Shown: one piece after another, positions 1 to 60,642 of the stretch | Numbering within the stretch: position 1 is the first letter of the stretch | How the letters are laid out: each line of letters begins with the position of its first letter | Assembly: GCA_030141605.1 (NCBI GenBank) | Contig: JAQGDQ010000545.1 | Location: 62,001 to 126,000, forward strand | Length of the DNA stretch: 64,000 bases | Origin: Tubiluchus corallicola | Taxonomy: Eukaryota; Animalia; Priapulida | Reading direction: 5' to 3' | Program-made: the position numbers and the translations under genes | Notes under the pieces: generated by a model | What the model was told of the DNA's origin: nothing | What the model saw: the letters and a program-made list of their open reading frames with translations, nothing else | Database searches by the model: none

Positions 1-550
1 TTGTTCATCATTTGTAAACGCTTCAGCAAAAGAACTTGTTAGTTGAATTAAATTAACATTTGGACGGACACCAAAGCCATTCAAGTGAAATATTTAGAAG
101 GTGATCTTCAGAAGACAATAGTAGCTTCAATTTAAAAATTTATGGATATCTACTGGTTTTATTTATTCGACAAATGACTTTGAAACGTTTAATCTATTTC
201 TGCAGCGACTGTTTCTCATTTTCTACAATGCATCTTCAACGTGATATTTTAATGGTATGATAAATTTTGCCTTTTTCAATTTTCTTGATCCAGTTATCAC
301 ATTTTGGTGTATTGGCTGTAACACTTGCAACATTTTTTTGCTGGTTAATGGCAGCCCATTTGTCGTCGTTGTCGTTAGCTCATTTGTCGTCGTCGTCATC
401 GTCACTGTCGTAGTCTTGTAGTCGCTGTTGCTGTAGCTGTTGTCTTTTGTATTTATTGCCCTCGTCATCTGGTTGCTGTCTTCGCCGTCGCCGTTAGAGG
501 CGGTGACACTATCGTCACCGCTATTGGCATTACTTAGTAGCACTGCTTAA

Positions 551-1156
551 AGGAAAACAGGATGATTTTTCATATCCTTTTTGAAGTGAGGTAAAAGGTA
601 TACATTTTAACATCTAAAATAATGGCAAAGTGTTTCTGGTAATTAACTAGTAGGTTCAAAACTTAATTAATGGCGGGCGAGTCCAGTTAGTGATGACGTA
701 ATAAGTGAACATAATTTTCAACAGCACAAACATTCCATGAGCGTGTTGCACATGTTTGTGAAAGCGAAAATGGAAGTACAGTGATACTGTACAAGATTCA
801 GTGTGATATACAAAATTTCACGTTTAAAATTCAAAACTTCAAGTTTACCGCTGTGTTCAGCCGTGAGTTCTCGAACCTGTGTACTACGTCATAGCCGAAC
901 ATCTCTCAAATGGGAGGTACAGCACATGTTTTTTATGCAACGCGTTTTCGACATGTAAGGGTTATAGTGCCCATCTAACTAGCAAATGGCGAGATGCATT
1001 CAGCAGCAAAGAACTAGCCGCGCGAACGCAAAATTGCGTTTCTGTGACAATAATTCTTTCACGTAAGTTATTCTTGAACAAAAAAGTATGCCCCTTTCAA
1101 CATTTTACAGGGTAGATTCTTTTGAGCTACAGTTTAAGATTGTGGCCGATTAGCCT
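551..1156. mobile_element. Family A non-autonomous DNA transposon (Kolobok-like), full copy
   Basis: 606 bp between TTAA at 547..550 and 1157..1160, with AGG...CCT ends; colinear with 3398..4003. Confidence 0.75.
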
Positions 1157-1599
1157 TTAATAAAATCTGTGAGCGCTTTTATGTGGGCATAAATTCGATT
1201 ACTTAGAATCCCCCAGTTGGGATACAACTTTATGAAATTGTATCATTGGGATCCCGATCAGCTTAAATTTCCATGATTTCCGCTTTGCTCTGCGACCACG
1301 CACTTGAACCTACAGACCTTCTAGCTTGTGGTGTTCCATGGGGGTCTTGATTCTCACACGTTTATTGTATTTCCTGCCTTATTTTAATGTACATAATGGT
1401 CTCTGTTTACTTGAACGCACTTCCATCATGATTAGTACATGTAAATCGTCAGCAAACTAGATTTTATAAAAAGCTTTTAGCAATATTCTCCTTTGTAGTT
1501 TGCATATAACTTAGCGTCTCAGAACATCGCTGTCTTTTTATGTTCATAAACAATGTCATCCAAGAACCTCGTGGCTATGTAAAAAATGATATTACGAAA

Positions 1600-1990
1600 C
1601 TTAAAGATTTAATTTCTGTAAACAATGAAAGCAGTAAAATTAGTATATAGAAACTGTGCAATTCTGAACTTAAGATGCGTATGTTTACGTGATACGATCT
1701 AATATTAATAAAGCTAATCGAATTTTCTGGATCAGAGCTCGGCTTTCTGCCCACAATTTCCACAATGAGACGGGCAAGTGGTCGAGGACCCCTAGACAAA
1801 ACAGGATATGTTTCTGTAATGGCGCGAATTTGCCTGTTCAGTCCGAGTTTCACGTAATATGTGTGTGCCCTCTATCGGTTGGAATATCCGTCGTATACTT
1901 TTTTAGCTGGACTAATGTAATCGTATCAAAATCAAATCGTACCGTATCGTACAATTATAATGTGTTTCTCCGAGACATAAAAATTCGGTA
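1600..1990 (+). mobile_element. LINE ORF2 C-terminal Cys/His domain remnant
   Basis: RLSAHNFHNETGKWSRTPRQNRICFC...SEFHVICVCP resembles the RLSxHxLxIETGRW...RxCxC...ExH...CP tail of non-LTR ORF2. Confidence 0.65.
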
Positions 1991-2603
1991 ATTTTTAACT
2001 AAATTATATTGGTGAATAAACGCAATTCAAAATTTAATTAATTCGTCTCCTAATTTCTGTCTCCACACATCCCAGTCTATGTGACAGATTAAATTTGGAA
2101 ACTTTCACAAAGACATCAGCGGCAAAAGTTCATTGATTAATTGTCGAAAATCAAATAACTTCAGTTCCAATGCTTGGCAAATTCCACGCCAAATGTTATT
2201 AGATTTAATACCTCTGTCTGCTCCTCGCAGTCTGTCACATTTATTACTGCTGACTTGATTTTCGCAGCCATATTTACGAGCTTCCAAAGATAAATTAATG
2301 TAGTTAGTTAAGTAATGAGGCAATTAATTTCCATTTTGCCGCTGCCCAAACAGCTGTAGTAACAGCTGCAAAATAGAACAGCTGCACAAAAAAGCTGCAA
2401 AAGCCTTTCTTTACTATTGCCTCAGCCGATGCTACTGCTGGTCCAGTTATAATGGTGTGGCCAGATTACCAGATGTCAGAATTAGGTAAACAAGTATTGA
2501 GTTCACTCATCATCTTCGTCAGAATCATAAAGGTGATAATACTGAGAATGATTCGATAAAGCCTGTCTTTCTAAAATAAATAAATAAGTAAGCAAATAAT
2601 AAC

Positions 2604-2652
<49 letters not shown>

Positions 2653-3311
2653 GATGATGGTGGTGGTGGTGTTGGTGTTGGTGTTGGTGGTTCTCATGAT
2701 AATATAATAAAAAATAATAATATTTTATTCGTTTGATACATTATTCATTTGTTATTTCCAGCTGCAAAAATTTTTAACTGACGTCACATCAATCACGTGA
2801 AGCATCGCTAAAAGGAGTAATTCATGTTTTATAAATACTTGATAGTTTGGAACATTAAAGAAATAAATGCTTTTATTTTGTGTCTAACTCAATACTGCGC
2901 GAAGCTTCACGTAGTGTGTGTCCGCTTGCTTTGTGTTAAATGAGTTTTTCTACAAAAAGACGTCTGATCACTAGCAGGAGCCGATGTAAAGTGCGCAGGA
3001 GGCGAGGCGCCTCTACACACGTTAATGACACGTAAATAATTACAACAAGTCATTAAGCACACATTTAAATAATTATTTTAATTAATATTTACCAACACTC
3101 TGAGGTTGTAAAGATAATTTATGATGATGATGTGGCCCTCTATGTCTTTACAACACACAATAAATTAATTATTGCTGAAAGAGTTAAAGACGAAAAAACT
3201 ACAAATGGAAAAGTTCTTTTATGTAAGTGAGTAATAAAGTAAAATAAAATTTATAGCTATATTACTCGGAAAAGTAAATTTAATTAGAAAGAATCAAAAA
3301 GTTTATTTCTA

Positions 3312-3372
3312 TAGGGACTCGAACCGAAGGAGGCTACGTGTCGGGCAGCAGTGCCAATAACTGCATCAACAA
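3312..3372 (-). pseudogene. Degenerate tRNA-like / SINE head
   Basis: Minus strand ends GGTTCGAGTCCC (B box/T-arm); no intact cloverleaf. Confidence 0.4.
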
Positions 3373-3397
3373 ATTGCAGGCTGCCTACATGGATTAA

Positions 3398-4003
3398 AGG
3401 TAGACAGAATGATTTTTCATATACTACGACATTTTCAAGACCGATAAAAAGTATACATTTTAACACAATTAATACTGCAAAAGTATTTCTGATAATTAAA
3501 TAATAGATTAAAAATTTAATTAACGGTGGGCGAGCCCAACTATTGATGACATCACAAACTAACATAATTTTCAACAGCAAAAATATTACACGAGCTTGTT
3601 GTGCGTGCATGCGAAAGCGAAAATTGAAGTACAGTGCTACTGTAAGATATTCAGTGTGTTGTACTAAAACTAGACAAATTTAAGATAAAAATTCTAATTT
3701 CACATTTACCGCTGATCTCACGCATGGACTGCTGAACGTGTGTAGTTCGTCATAAACTAACACATCTGAATGACAATCTGCTATAATGGCGCAGCACCTG
3801 CTTTTGTTCAGTTCGCTTCCGAAATGCAGGCGCTAATGTCTGTCTAACTAGCGAATGGAGAAATGAATGTGAAGAACTAGTAGCAGTGAAGAACTAGTGG
3901 CGTAAACCTGAAATCGTGTTTGTGTGGTAATAATTCTTTCACGTATATCATTTTTGAAAAACTAGTGTTTGACTTACAGTTTAAGATTGGGTCCGGTTTT
4001 GCT
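3398..4003. mobile_element. Family A element, full copy
   Basis: 606 bp, TTAA on both sides, same orientation as 551..1156. Confidence 0.78.
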
Positions 4004-4449
4004 TTAAATTATATGTCCCATTAGAGTGCTGCGCCATTACAGCAAAATAGTTTACTCCAAGGACATCTTTAAGGCTGAATAAAAATAAAAACGCAATTAT
4101 TTTCTTTTCCAAACAAACGTAATACCGAAACTTGAAGAAAATGAAAGCGGAACGTCGGAAAAAAGGCCATGAAAATATTATTAAATTTTCGGAAGTTGCT
4201 TTAGATGTTTTCAGGTCACGTGACGATATTTTCAAAATAATGAGCAGTATCATATGAGAAATAACGAGCTCTCTGTATAATACGGTGTATATACTTTGCA
4301 TTGTCATAGCGACAATAATGTTAAAGTTGATAATTTGCATTCATATTTTGTGATTTCGATGAAGAGTATTCGTAGCTTTGGGGGTTTATGTGAGCCAAAT
4401 AATTGAATTATAAATTAGATTAATAATTTATTTCACAGTGAATCATACA

Positions 4450-5480
4450 TACAAACTGTTGACACATTATAAGATATACGAGTCACTGTGAGCAAGAGGA
4501 AGGAGCATTATACTTTCAAGTCTTCCAGATAAGGGCAACAATTGACAATTAAGATTACATAGTGATTCTCATAAGTTATAGCGTACAAATTTGAATAAGA
4601 AAAATTTTGTTAGCAACTTAAGATCAGGTTAGTAAGTAATTCTTTGATTCTTTTTCAAATTGATAAAGGCTAAGAGTTTTGATTTCATATGACCATATTT
4701 TAATAGCATTATATTTTGACGACTGTTCTTTATATTTCTTTTTGGAAGAGATAGTACATAGTTTTCGACTAAATATCTTGTGTCATGTTGATTTGAAACT
4801 GGACTAAAGTATGACTGAAAAGCTGGTGGAAGAAGTGAATTATAATATTAATACATGAAAAGAAGACAATACATGTCTTATATTTATTTCACTTTAAGAG
4901 TTTTAAAAGACAAGTAAATTATATTTGTAGGATGATCATACATTACATGATATATTAGTTTAAAAACTTTGTTCTGGGCTATTTGTAGAGCTTCCACATT
5001 AGCTTTATATACACCAACTCAAGACATGGCATCATATATTAGATATGGGTAAACTAAATTGTAATTTTTTTTGAAAAAATAGTATGTTTTCTTTCAATAT
5101 TTTAAAGAGTAGATTGTTTTGATCTACAGTTTAAGATTTGGTCCGGCTTTGGTTTAACGTGAGACTTTTTTCAACAGTCATATTACTAAGAACTATGGTT
5201 ACATTTCTTGATGGTGTTCTCTCTTAGGAGAACAATGTTTTGATTTATTAACATTCCATGAGAGTTTATTTACATTCAGCCATTCTGGTACTTTATTAAG
5301 CTGGTTATTCATAACACTCTCCAGGTTATGTATATTTGAATCACTTAAAAATATTTGTATCATCTAGAAAAAGTCTGAAAATTAAATTTGAGAAACCTAA
5401 TGGCATATCATTTATATACAGAAGAAATAATAGTGGTCCTAGAGTAGAACCTTGGGGAGCACCAGACTTAATTTTAAGTG
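4450..5480 (-). mobile_element. Decayed CR1/L2-group LINE RT fragment
   Basis: Minus strand gives GAPQGSTLGPLLFLLYINDMP, DDTNIF and WLNVNKLS, with stops and frameshifts. It is interrupted by a family A terminus at about 5060..5157. Confidence 0.8.
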
Positions 5481-6599
5481 TATTTGACAAAGCCGATACC
5501 GATACTGATACCGATGCATACCTATAAAATTACAGATTCATATTAACATAAACAATATGGACTGTTGAGCTTTGTATTTTACTAGACTGCCAAGCCGAGT
5601 GTGGTATCTCTGGGCGTTTTATTCCAGCAAAGGAAATGATAAAATGTGATCTGGCGAAGCCGATACCGTTACCGATGCACATCGATATATATATTAATTC
5701 TTTATTTGTCATTAAGATAATTTACTCATTACAGTGAAATTGAGTAGCCTCAGTATAATGTTAAAATAACAACATTGTTCAAGGCAAATGCATCCAGTGC
5801 AACTAAAAAACTAATACGTCATTTAGTGATAAGTGACGGATTCATGCCAATATGGACAACAAGAATTTTAGATGTTTTTTTTTTGGAAAAGCAAGGACGT
5901 AGGATATCTAGTGGTGCTGATATCGACTCCAGCCAGACTGATAAGAATACAAATCAACATAGACTGATGTTTACAAATTGATTTCCTTAAGGATAAGTTT
6001 ATTTTGGTATAAACATGTAATAGACTTCTTTATTTGTTAGTGGATCCTCTAGCAACCTGTTTCACTAGCGCCACCGCAGTAGACCTTTTTGCAATTGTTA
6101 AGTTTGAGTCTTTCAAGTGCGTAGTAGAACAAAATTCACTTTTCACTAAGACTGCATTCATAGAAAGTGGGTGCCACCAAACCTGGAAACATGGATGCCA
6201 CCTAAACCTGGAACTGCCACTACACTTATGTTAAAACAGCTGAGGAAAAACAGCAAAGTAAATTAGTTTTTCCCATTGAGGATATAGCACATGCCTTAAA
6301 ATGCATTCAAAATATCCATTAGGTTTGTTCGTCCGAGTTAATTTGCTTTTAAATTACAGGTCCACCGACAGGGAAAGGCTTTATGAAGATGGGCGTTTAA
6401 AACGTCTCCAAGCTTTCATTGTATGAATTCCCATTATTGTCAATCGTGTCAACTTATTGTGAATAATTGATGTGCATGCATGTATGAGTTTATATAATGC
6501 AAATGCCAATTTCAAACAACGCAAAACAGCGTGAATTAGTCGAGAGAAGTAAATACAGTTGATGTATAGTTACGTATGCCGATGTTGAGGTAGGATTTT

Positions 6600-6960
6600 A
6601 AGGTAGGTAGGTAGGTAGGTAGTTATGTAGGTAGCAGGCAGGTAGGTAGATATGTAGTAGATAGGAAGGCAGGCAGGTAGGTAGTTAAATCAGTAGGTAA
6701 ATAGGCAGGCAGGTAGGTAGGTAGGCACGTAGGTAGGTAAGTAGTTAGGAAGGGTAGGTAAGTAGGTAGGTAGATATGTGGGTAAGTAGGTAGGTAAATG
6801 GGTAGGTAGGTTGGTTGGTTGCCTTGGTAGGTAGGGAGGCAGGTAGGTAGCTAGGCAGTTTGGCAAACAGATAAGTGGGCGGTTGGATGACAGATAGCTA
6901 GGAATTCGTATAGATGACGAGACAACCAAGCAAGAAGCAAGTAGTTGGGTTGTTAGGCAG
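6600..6960. repeat. (GTAG)n tetranucleotide, degenerate
   Basis: Direct inspection. Confidence 0.9.
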
Positions 6961-6977
6961 AGATGATGAAGAAGAAA

Positions 6978-8086
6978 GATTTGATTTGATTTATTTGATT
7001 TAACTCTTTATTTCGAACCAAGTTCATAGAATATATAACATACAATAATTACAAGACATACAATAAGTACAAGACAAAATAATTACAACACCTCCTCTCA
7101 ACACATGCAAATTAATACATAAATAAATAAAATAACAGTACAATATATATATATATATACAATATCATGCTTCCAGCCTGACACACTTTCCTCCACTGGT
7201 CTCTTATGTCTGAAGTGTAAAATGCTTCACTGTTATTCAATGCCTTTATAAGAAGATTTGAGCTTTGCATTACTCTACTGTATAGACTGTATGCAGTTTT
7301 CCTATGTATTACATCAAAGTATAAAACATCGTGGTCTACTGAAATGGTCCTAGAACTATAATCATATGGGTAGTTGAAAAGTTTGCGTTTTGAAATATTG
7401 TGAGCTACTTTAAGTTTGCTGAGACTGTAGTTATAAAAATGTCGCCAGGTGGCCATACCGTAGAAAGAATTACAATAAGAGTTGAACAGATGAGTTTTGA
7501 CATTAGGTGAACAATGATGAAATTTTCTAAGAATACGGTTCGCTCTAGCACAAAACAGACTTCGTTGTCTGATAACATCCATGTCGTCTTCGTTATCACT
7601 CGTGATAATATGGCCAAGATACTTTTCTGTTTCACACGGTATAATTATTTTACCGGCTACCTCAAGTGAACTGAAATTGAACCCACACATACTGGGGGGT
7701 GTAATTGTTATGAGTTTAGTCTTGTCGACGTTTATTACTATGTCATGACTATTTGTGTATTCAACATACATATCAACTAAAGTTTGTAAAGCAGTAGTAG
7801 TGGATGCTAGTAAACATCCATCATCAGCAAACATAAGGTGATTTATATAAGTACCACCTATCTGACAACCTAGACCGGTAGATGTGAGGTCAGAACTCAA
7901 GTCTCTGAAATATAAGTTAAATAGTATGGGTGACATTTTTGCACCCTGCCGAACACCATTTGCGACTTTAAATGTGCTAGAGCAAAAATTTCCCCACCTC
8001 ACAAACATAGTTTGTCGAGAGTAGTAAAAGGCTAATAATCTTATAATAATGTTAGGCATATCAGTATCGACCAGTTTTAGAAACAT
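6978..8086 (-). mobile_element. 5'-truncated non-LTR retrotransposon (RT domain C-half, RTE-X-like)
   Basis: ORF 7112..8209 contains GVRQGAKMSPILFNLY, HLMFADD and KYLGHII. A 3' UTR and an (AAATC)n-like tail lie at 6978..7000. The 5' end abuts an (AG)n tract. Clade assignment is tentative. Confidence 0.9.
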
Positions 8087-8140
<54 letters not shown>

Positions 8141-9007
8141 GGGGGAAGAGAAGAAACAGATGATAGAGAAGGGGTGATCTTGCTTGGTACTTAAAGTGCT
8201 TGGATTCATGTGTTAATATGCATGTGGATGAAAAGTGGATCAAGTAACTGCTAGGTAAATGGATTATCTGTAAAAGGAGCTATTGGTGTCAATCCTGCTT
8301 GTAAGAAACGCGCACGTTAGGTTCATGTTTATCGTGAGACGTGACAGCTGTCTTACACGGAATAACACAATTGAGGCTTTAAACAAGATGTTGGTACTGA
8401 GACTTAATACTCTTGATACATTTGCAACCACAGGGTTGAAATTTAAGACCAGGACGCGACACGAAGCTTTGAAACTGTATGACAGAGAGTTGCAATATTT
8501 CATGCCGATCGTCAAATCGACTTTGTCTCCCGAGTTGACAAGCCGCTAAGCTGATTATCGATTACAGATATAGTGAGTATAGCGTAAGCGAGAACACAAC
8601 TATCGACAGCTTATTAGCTCAAAGATATTGCTTTAATTCGCACAAATACTGCTACCGTATCAGTGCTGTCGTTCTGGTGGCGTTAAAGACGCGTTTTAGC
8701 TTCGAACTAGTCAGTTACTTAATTAAAATAATAGGTACGAGTTATCTAAATGTGACATATAGTCATATATCACATGAGACACATATTATGTGACGATAAG
8801 ATGGTGACAACTTATTAGCCCAAACCTCACTCAGTGATTAAAATTTTTTGAGACGGTTAATAACCGTGTCATCTGCCTGTTTATAATCATTAATAACTTT
8901 ATGCAGATTTTGGTCTTTGGGAACATAGTATATTCAAATTGAATAATTCACCCATTTAATTAATTACCTATAATCCACCTACCTACCTACCTATCTATCT
9001 ACGCTAG

Positions 9008-9757
9008 AATACTCAAACTAAATAATATTCACGATATTGTACTCAAATGCAATAATACTCATGATAGTATACTCAGGCTGAATAATTCTCACGATAGCAT
9101 TTTCGAACTGAATATTATTCACGATACTATACTCAGACTAAATAATATTCACTACATTATGCTCAAATTGAATAATGCTCATGATAGTATACTCAGGCTG
9201 AATAATTCTCACGATAGCATTTTCGAACTGAATATTATTCACGATACTATACTCAGACTAAATAATATTCACTACATTATACTCAAATTGAATAATGCTC
9301 ATGATAGTATACTCAGGCTGAATAATTCTCACGATAGCATTTTCGAACTGAATATTATTCACGATACTATACTCAGACTAAATAATATTCACTACATTAT
9401 GCTCAAATTGAATAATGCTCATGATAGTATACTCAGGCTGAATAATTCTCACGATAGCATTTTCGAACTGAATATTATTCACGATACTATACTCAGACTA
9501 AATAATATTCACTACATTATACTCAAATTGAATAATGCTCATGATAGTATACTCAGGCTGAATAATTCTCACGATAGCATTTTCGAACTGAATATTATTC
9601 ACGATACTATACTCAGACTAAATAATATTCACGACATTATGCTCAAATTGAATAATGCTCATGATAGTATACTCAGGCTGAATAATTCTCACGATAGCAT
9701 TTTCGAACTGAATATTTTTCACGATAGTATTCTCAAACTGAATAATATTCATGATTG
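9008..9757. repeat. Hierarchical minisatellite (30/120/240 bp)
   Basis: Near-identical 120-bp units made of four diverged 30-mers; a G/A variant alternates between successive units. Confidence 0.95.
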
Positions 9758-10559
9758 TCTTGTTTTTAAATCCTTTTTAATAAGAAATGAGAATAGGTTG
9801 CTTGTTTTCACCAGGGCACAAACTTGCTTTGCTATGCTGGTCTACGCACTATACGTGAACTTGTCTGGCCAATCTGTAATCATCTAATTAGCAAAGACAT
9901 AATGGATGCTCGCAGAGAGGTGGTGATTTCAGAAACTAACTGACCGACAGACTTCAAGAGTTTTGCTGGAATGTGATGTCCATAACCATTTAAAATTTGA
10001 GACACTAATATCATTAATTTTGGCATTAGTGACGTTCAAAAATACATACGGACAATGGACTTTGGACAAATTGTAAGTGAATGAAATTGTAGGTGGCAGG
10101 AAATGTATAATATCTAGACGCATTTTAATCATTAATTCCCTTAATTGCCAACGAATAATATATTATTGATAATAGTTAAAGCGATAAATATATAGCAGCT
10201 ACAAAATTACAACGTGTTTTTTTATGGTTTATAAAAATAAAAAAAATATCTAAAAAAACCACGGAAATGTGTTGAAAACAAGCACGCATATCGGTACATG
10301 AAATATATAGCCAGATAAAAATAATGTTTTCGTTAGATTTAGCATTTTCTTCTTTTCTAATAATCCAAATGAGAAACACGTGATGAAAAGGTAAATGATG
10401 GCTCTAGGGAAATATCCTGCTGAGCTGAATAATGTTATTAGAGCTGCTCAGTGAAAATATCTTTGCAGCTTCCGTGTGTGAACTGCATCTCAAGATTTGA
10501 GATGTAACTCAATTCCGCCTGGGCAAGCATTTCTATTGGTTTGTTTTACTGCAATATAT

Positions 10560-11030
10560 CTACAATAACAACAGCAACAGCATAAACGACACAGTAACTA
10601 TAGCAGCGGCAGCAGCAGCGGCAGCAACAGCAACAGCACAAGCAACGTCAACGTCAACATCAACATCAACATCAACATTAACAGCAACAGTAACAGCAAC
10701 AGCAATAACAACAACAACAGCAACAGTAACGGCAACAGCAACAACAACAACAACATCTGCAGCAATATCAGCAGCAGCAACAACAGCAACAGCAACAGCA
10801 ATATCAGTAGCAGCAGCAGCAGTACCAGCAACAGCAACAGCAATATCAGCAACACAAACAACGTCAATAGCAGCAGCAATATCAGGAACAACAGCAATAT
10901 CAATATCAACAGCAACAGCAACGGCACAAGCAACATCAACATCAACAGCAACAGCAAAGCAACAGTAGCAATGATAGCGATAACAATGCTGATGGTGATG
11001 GTTGCCCAACAATAACAGTAACAGCAACTG
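10560..11030. repeat. (CAA/CAG)n cryptic trinucleotide tract
   Basis: Direct inspection; explains the poly-L and poly-A/V ORFs. Confidence 0.9.
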
Positions 11031-11571
11031 GAGTCAAAGATACGTGACCATTTCTCTGATCATGTGACTCTGACCTTAGCCCAGGTTAAAATACTATAGT
11101 GTATTTCTCCCTAAACCAAGAACACAGAACGCGTATGTTGATGAATTATGTATTTTTATGTCCTTGCATTTTATTTAAGCTACAGACAGTACAAGTGGCT
11201 TCTTTTGCTAAAGAACAAGTGGCTTCTTTTGCTACGTTCTTTGTTACAATGTGTAATGCATTACATGATCAAATCTGATCGCAAAGTGCTAATTCATGTT
11301 TTGACATCTCATTAGTAACGTGTGATCAACATTATCGATGAGAAATTAAAAATTAATTAGCGGCGCGTGAATAATTGATTCAGTTGATGAAGCTGACGTA
11401 AGGACACGGTATCTGAAAATTAAGATGCCGTGATTAAACGTGGAATTCCATACTGTATAGGTCAACGCATTAAAAAAAAATCCTCCATTGCTTCTTCAAT
11501 AAAATTAAAATGCCAGCATCTTGGCTGACGTGTACTCTGCGCTGTCGTGTAATCCTAAAATAAACATTTTA

Positions 11572-11930
11572 TCTTCTTCTTCTTCTGTTTCCCTAAACAT
11601 CTATTGTAGCAATCGAGTCTCTATCCTTTGTTAGAGCACTCCACTGTTTCCTGTCTGCAGGTAAACTTTTCAGCTCCTGTGAGGCTATTGTTAGGTTTGG
11701 TTCCAGCTATTGTAAATCTTTATAATTCATCCAGGCTGTTTTTGGTTTTCCTGGAGGTCGTTTAGCAGGTTTCAGTGCCCCGATTAATGCTAATCTTACT
11801 GGTGTTATTTCTGGCAATTTCATTAAATGTCCTATCCATCTTAGCTTTCTGAAAATCCTCTTTTGGTTCTGTTACACAGTTGCTCATTTGAAATGATATG
11901 TGGTCATTTTAAACATTTCAAAAATCGGAA
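11572..11930 (-). mobile_element. RTE-clade LINE 3' end
   Basis: Minus strand gives RKLRWIGHLMKLPEITPVRLALIGALKPAKRPPGKPKTAW, with an (AGA)n tail at about 11572..11586. Confidence 0.75.
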
Positions 11931-12587
11931 ATTCCAAAAATTCCTCTGCAGCGTCAAATTCCGCATCATTTCTTTGTCGTCACTTTCATTTTTCAACAGT
12001 CGCACAAAAGATATTGGAATTAAACCCCTCATTCGAACATCCCAAATAGTTGCGTGTATTTTTATATGGAATTCCCTACAGTTTTCTACACTTCGAGACG
12101 TAAATTAAAATTCACACAAATGTGGCAGAAACCTTTACCGACAAAATTGTAAAATTTGCAAACCGCGTGGGCGCAATTATTAGTTTTTCTCTCAGTCGTT
12201 TTCTAATTGCTGGATTCTTGAAAATTTATGTATTTTTGTTTTGCTACTAACAGCATTTGTTGTCGTGAAACATATATTTTGGTTGAGGAAAGATCTACAT
12301 TTAATTCGCGCATGGCTAAGATACAAGGTTCAGTCACAAGGTTTGGAGGATATTGAGAGGATTACAAATAGCTAGGTGTCGGTCCTGCCCCAACCATCAA
12401 CGTAAGAACTAGGCTTTGGAGACGCGGCTTTAATAGAAAATCTATTCTTTTCTTTACAGTAATTTTGTTTGCGCACGTAGGAGATTAATTTATCGAATCA
12501 GCAGCAGAATCGCGGCGAATTATGTTTAAATGAACGCGATTATGAAGCAAAGATTTTTAGGAAGTTTTGCTTTTATGTTTTCCGTTC

Positions 12588-59506
<46,919 letters not shown>

Positions 59507-59762
59507 CACCATATTAATTTCCCAGAATTTCACCCAAGTCGCCTACAAGAACACTTGTCACTAAGGTTTTATGTTACACTGTGTTATAAACATTTTAACA
59601 TTGTATACTAGCTTAGCTCAAAGCATTCAAACCAAAGTGCTCTGTAGAAAAATGAGAAGTGATATACGCAGCATGTAATATACGCAATTACTTCAAGTAC
59701 CTGTACAGTTGTACATAGTTACATAAACGCCAGTAGCAATTTTTTAAACTATATACTTCTCA

Positions 59763-60349
59763 GACCTATTTCACAATGAGGACGCAAGGAAAAATGACAC
59801 GTGAAATTGCTGTCAGAAAATCAGAAAATTTTCTAAAAGTTTCCGATTTTTCTCGAAATGTCGTGTAGCAAGAAAGTTCATTTCACAGTGAAACCGCGCG
59901 CCCAGTTAGCTGCAGCTACTTTGCGAGTTTTATTGCTGTATAACCTGTCTAAATTAAGTTACATAATTTATATACTGAAAATATACATGTATAAAATAAA
60001 TATACGGATGCGTTATTTTTCTTTTTCACGAATATAGCCTTCGATGTTGCATTAATAAAACATAAAATCGTTAGTCTGTTAAAAGACAGATCAAAAATTT
60101 AATCTTATAATTTTAGGCTGTTAGGCTGAAATATGTTAATTGTTGTTCGTTAAATAAGTATGATGTATTTGAGTAGTTAAATTTAAGACTGAATTCCAGG
60201 ACGATTCCTCAAGAAAATGGAACATGCAGTATATCTACTATGCGGCGCAATTCCTCACGAGGAGGATGCATAGCTTCTAGCTTGCGGCAAAATTCCTCAT
60301 GAGAAACTGCGCGAGGAATTTGCCTCGCGTCCTCACTGTGAAATGGGCC
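59763..60349. mobile_element. PIF/Harbinger-type MITE downstream of the stop codon
   Basis: Imperfect ~32-bp TIR (gacctatttcacaatgaggacgc / gcgtcctcactgtgaaatgggcc), flanked by TCA and TTA. Confidence 0.7.
59995..60000 (+). promoter_or_regulatory. Candidate polyadenylation signal
   Basis: First AATAAA seen after the stop codon; a second lies at about 60054. Confidence 0.35.
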
Positions 60350-60642
60350 TTAGTTAACATGCCACAATTTGAAATTGCATTATAATATTACAGTTTGGTA
60401 TTTTTGCTAGTTTTAGCCAATCAACGCGTCAAAACTGGTTAAGTTTCAAATATTGCCAGGATATTTTGTTTAATTTTAATTGAATATGCATAATCCTAGA
60501 TTACGTGGAAAACCAGAATTAGACGCACCAATAAAACAGTTTACAAGTGACCTTATAGCCGTGTTGCTAAAGTTTGATGTATTAATCCGCACACGAACGA
60601 CACAATCTGCATGCTCAAAATCCTATTAAGGTATCCTTTAAC

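Noticed and set aside
55-345. pogo-like transposase motifs (LDGHQSH on +, VLQPIHQNVI on -)
   Set aside because: The motifs are on opposite strands, short and not extendable; insufficient evidence.
3284-3610. Recurring hydrophobic ORF family (also 24976, 27746, 57274)
   Set aside because: These are chance frames within family A repeats; starts, stops and frames differ among copies.
7112-8209. Retron, group II intron or domesticated RT gene
   Set aside because: The motifs, 5' truncation and simple-repeat tail indicate an ordinary non-LTR retrotransposon; the ORF's N-terminus is just (CT)n.
9159-9887. 242-aa LRR-like protein
   Set aside because: The DNA units are nearly identical with no synonymous-site bias, the 10-aa period does not fit LRR geometry, and no gene structure is evident.
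10560-11027. Long poly-Leu/Val/Ala/Thr/ER/LS ORFs here and at 20362-20745, 31968, 40829-42122 and 55928-56348
   Set aside because: They are translations of microsatellites that lack stop codons, with no domain or splice support.
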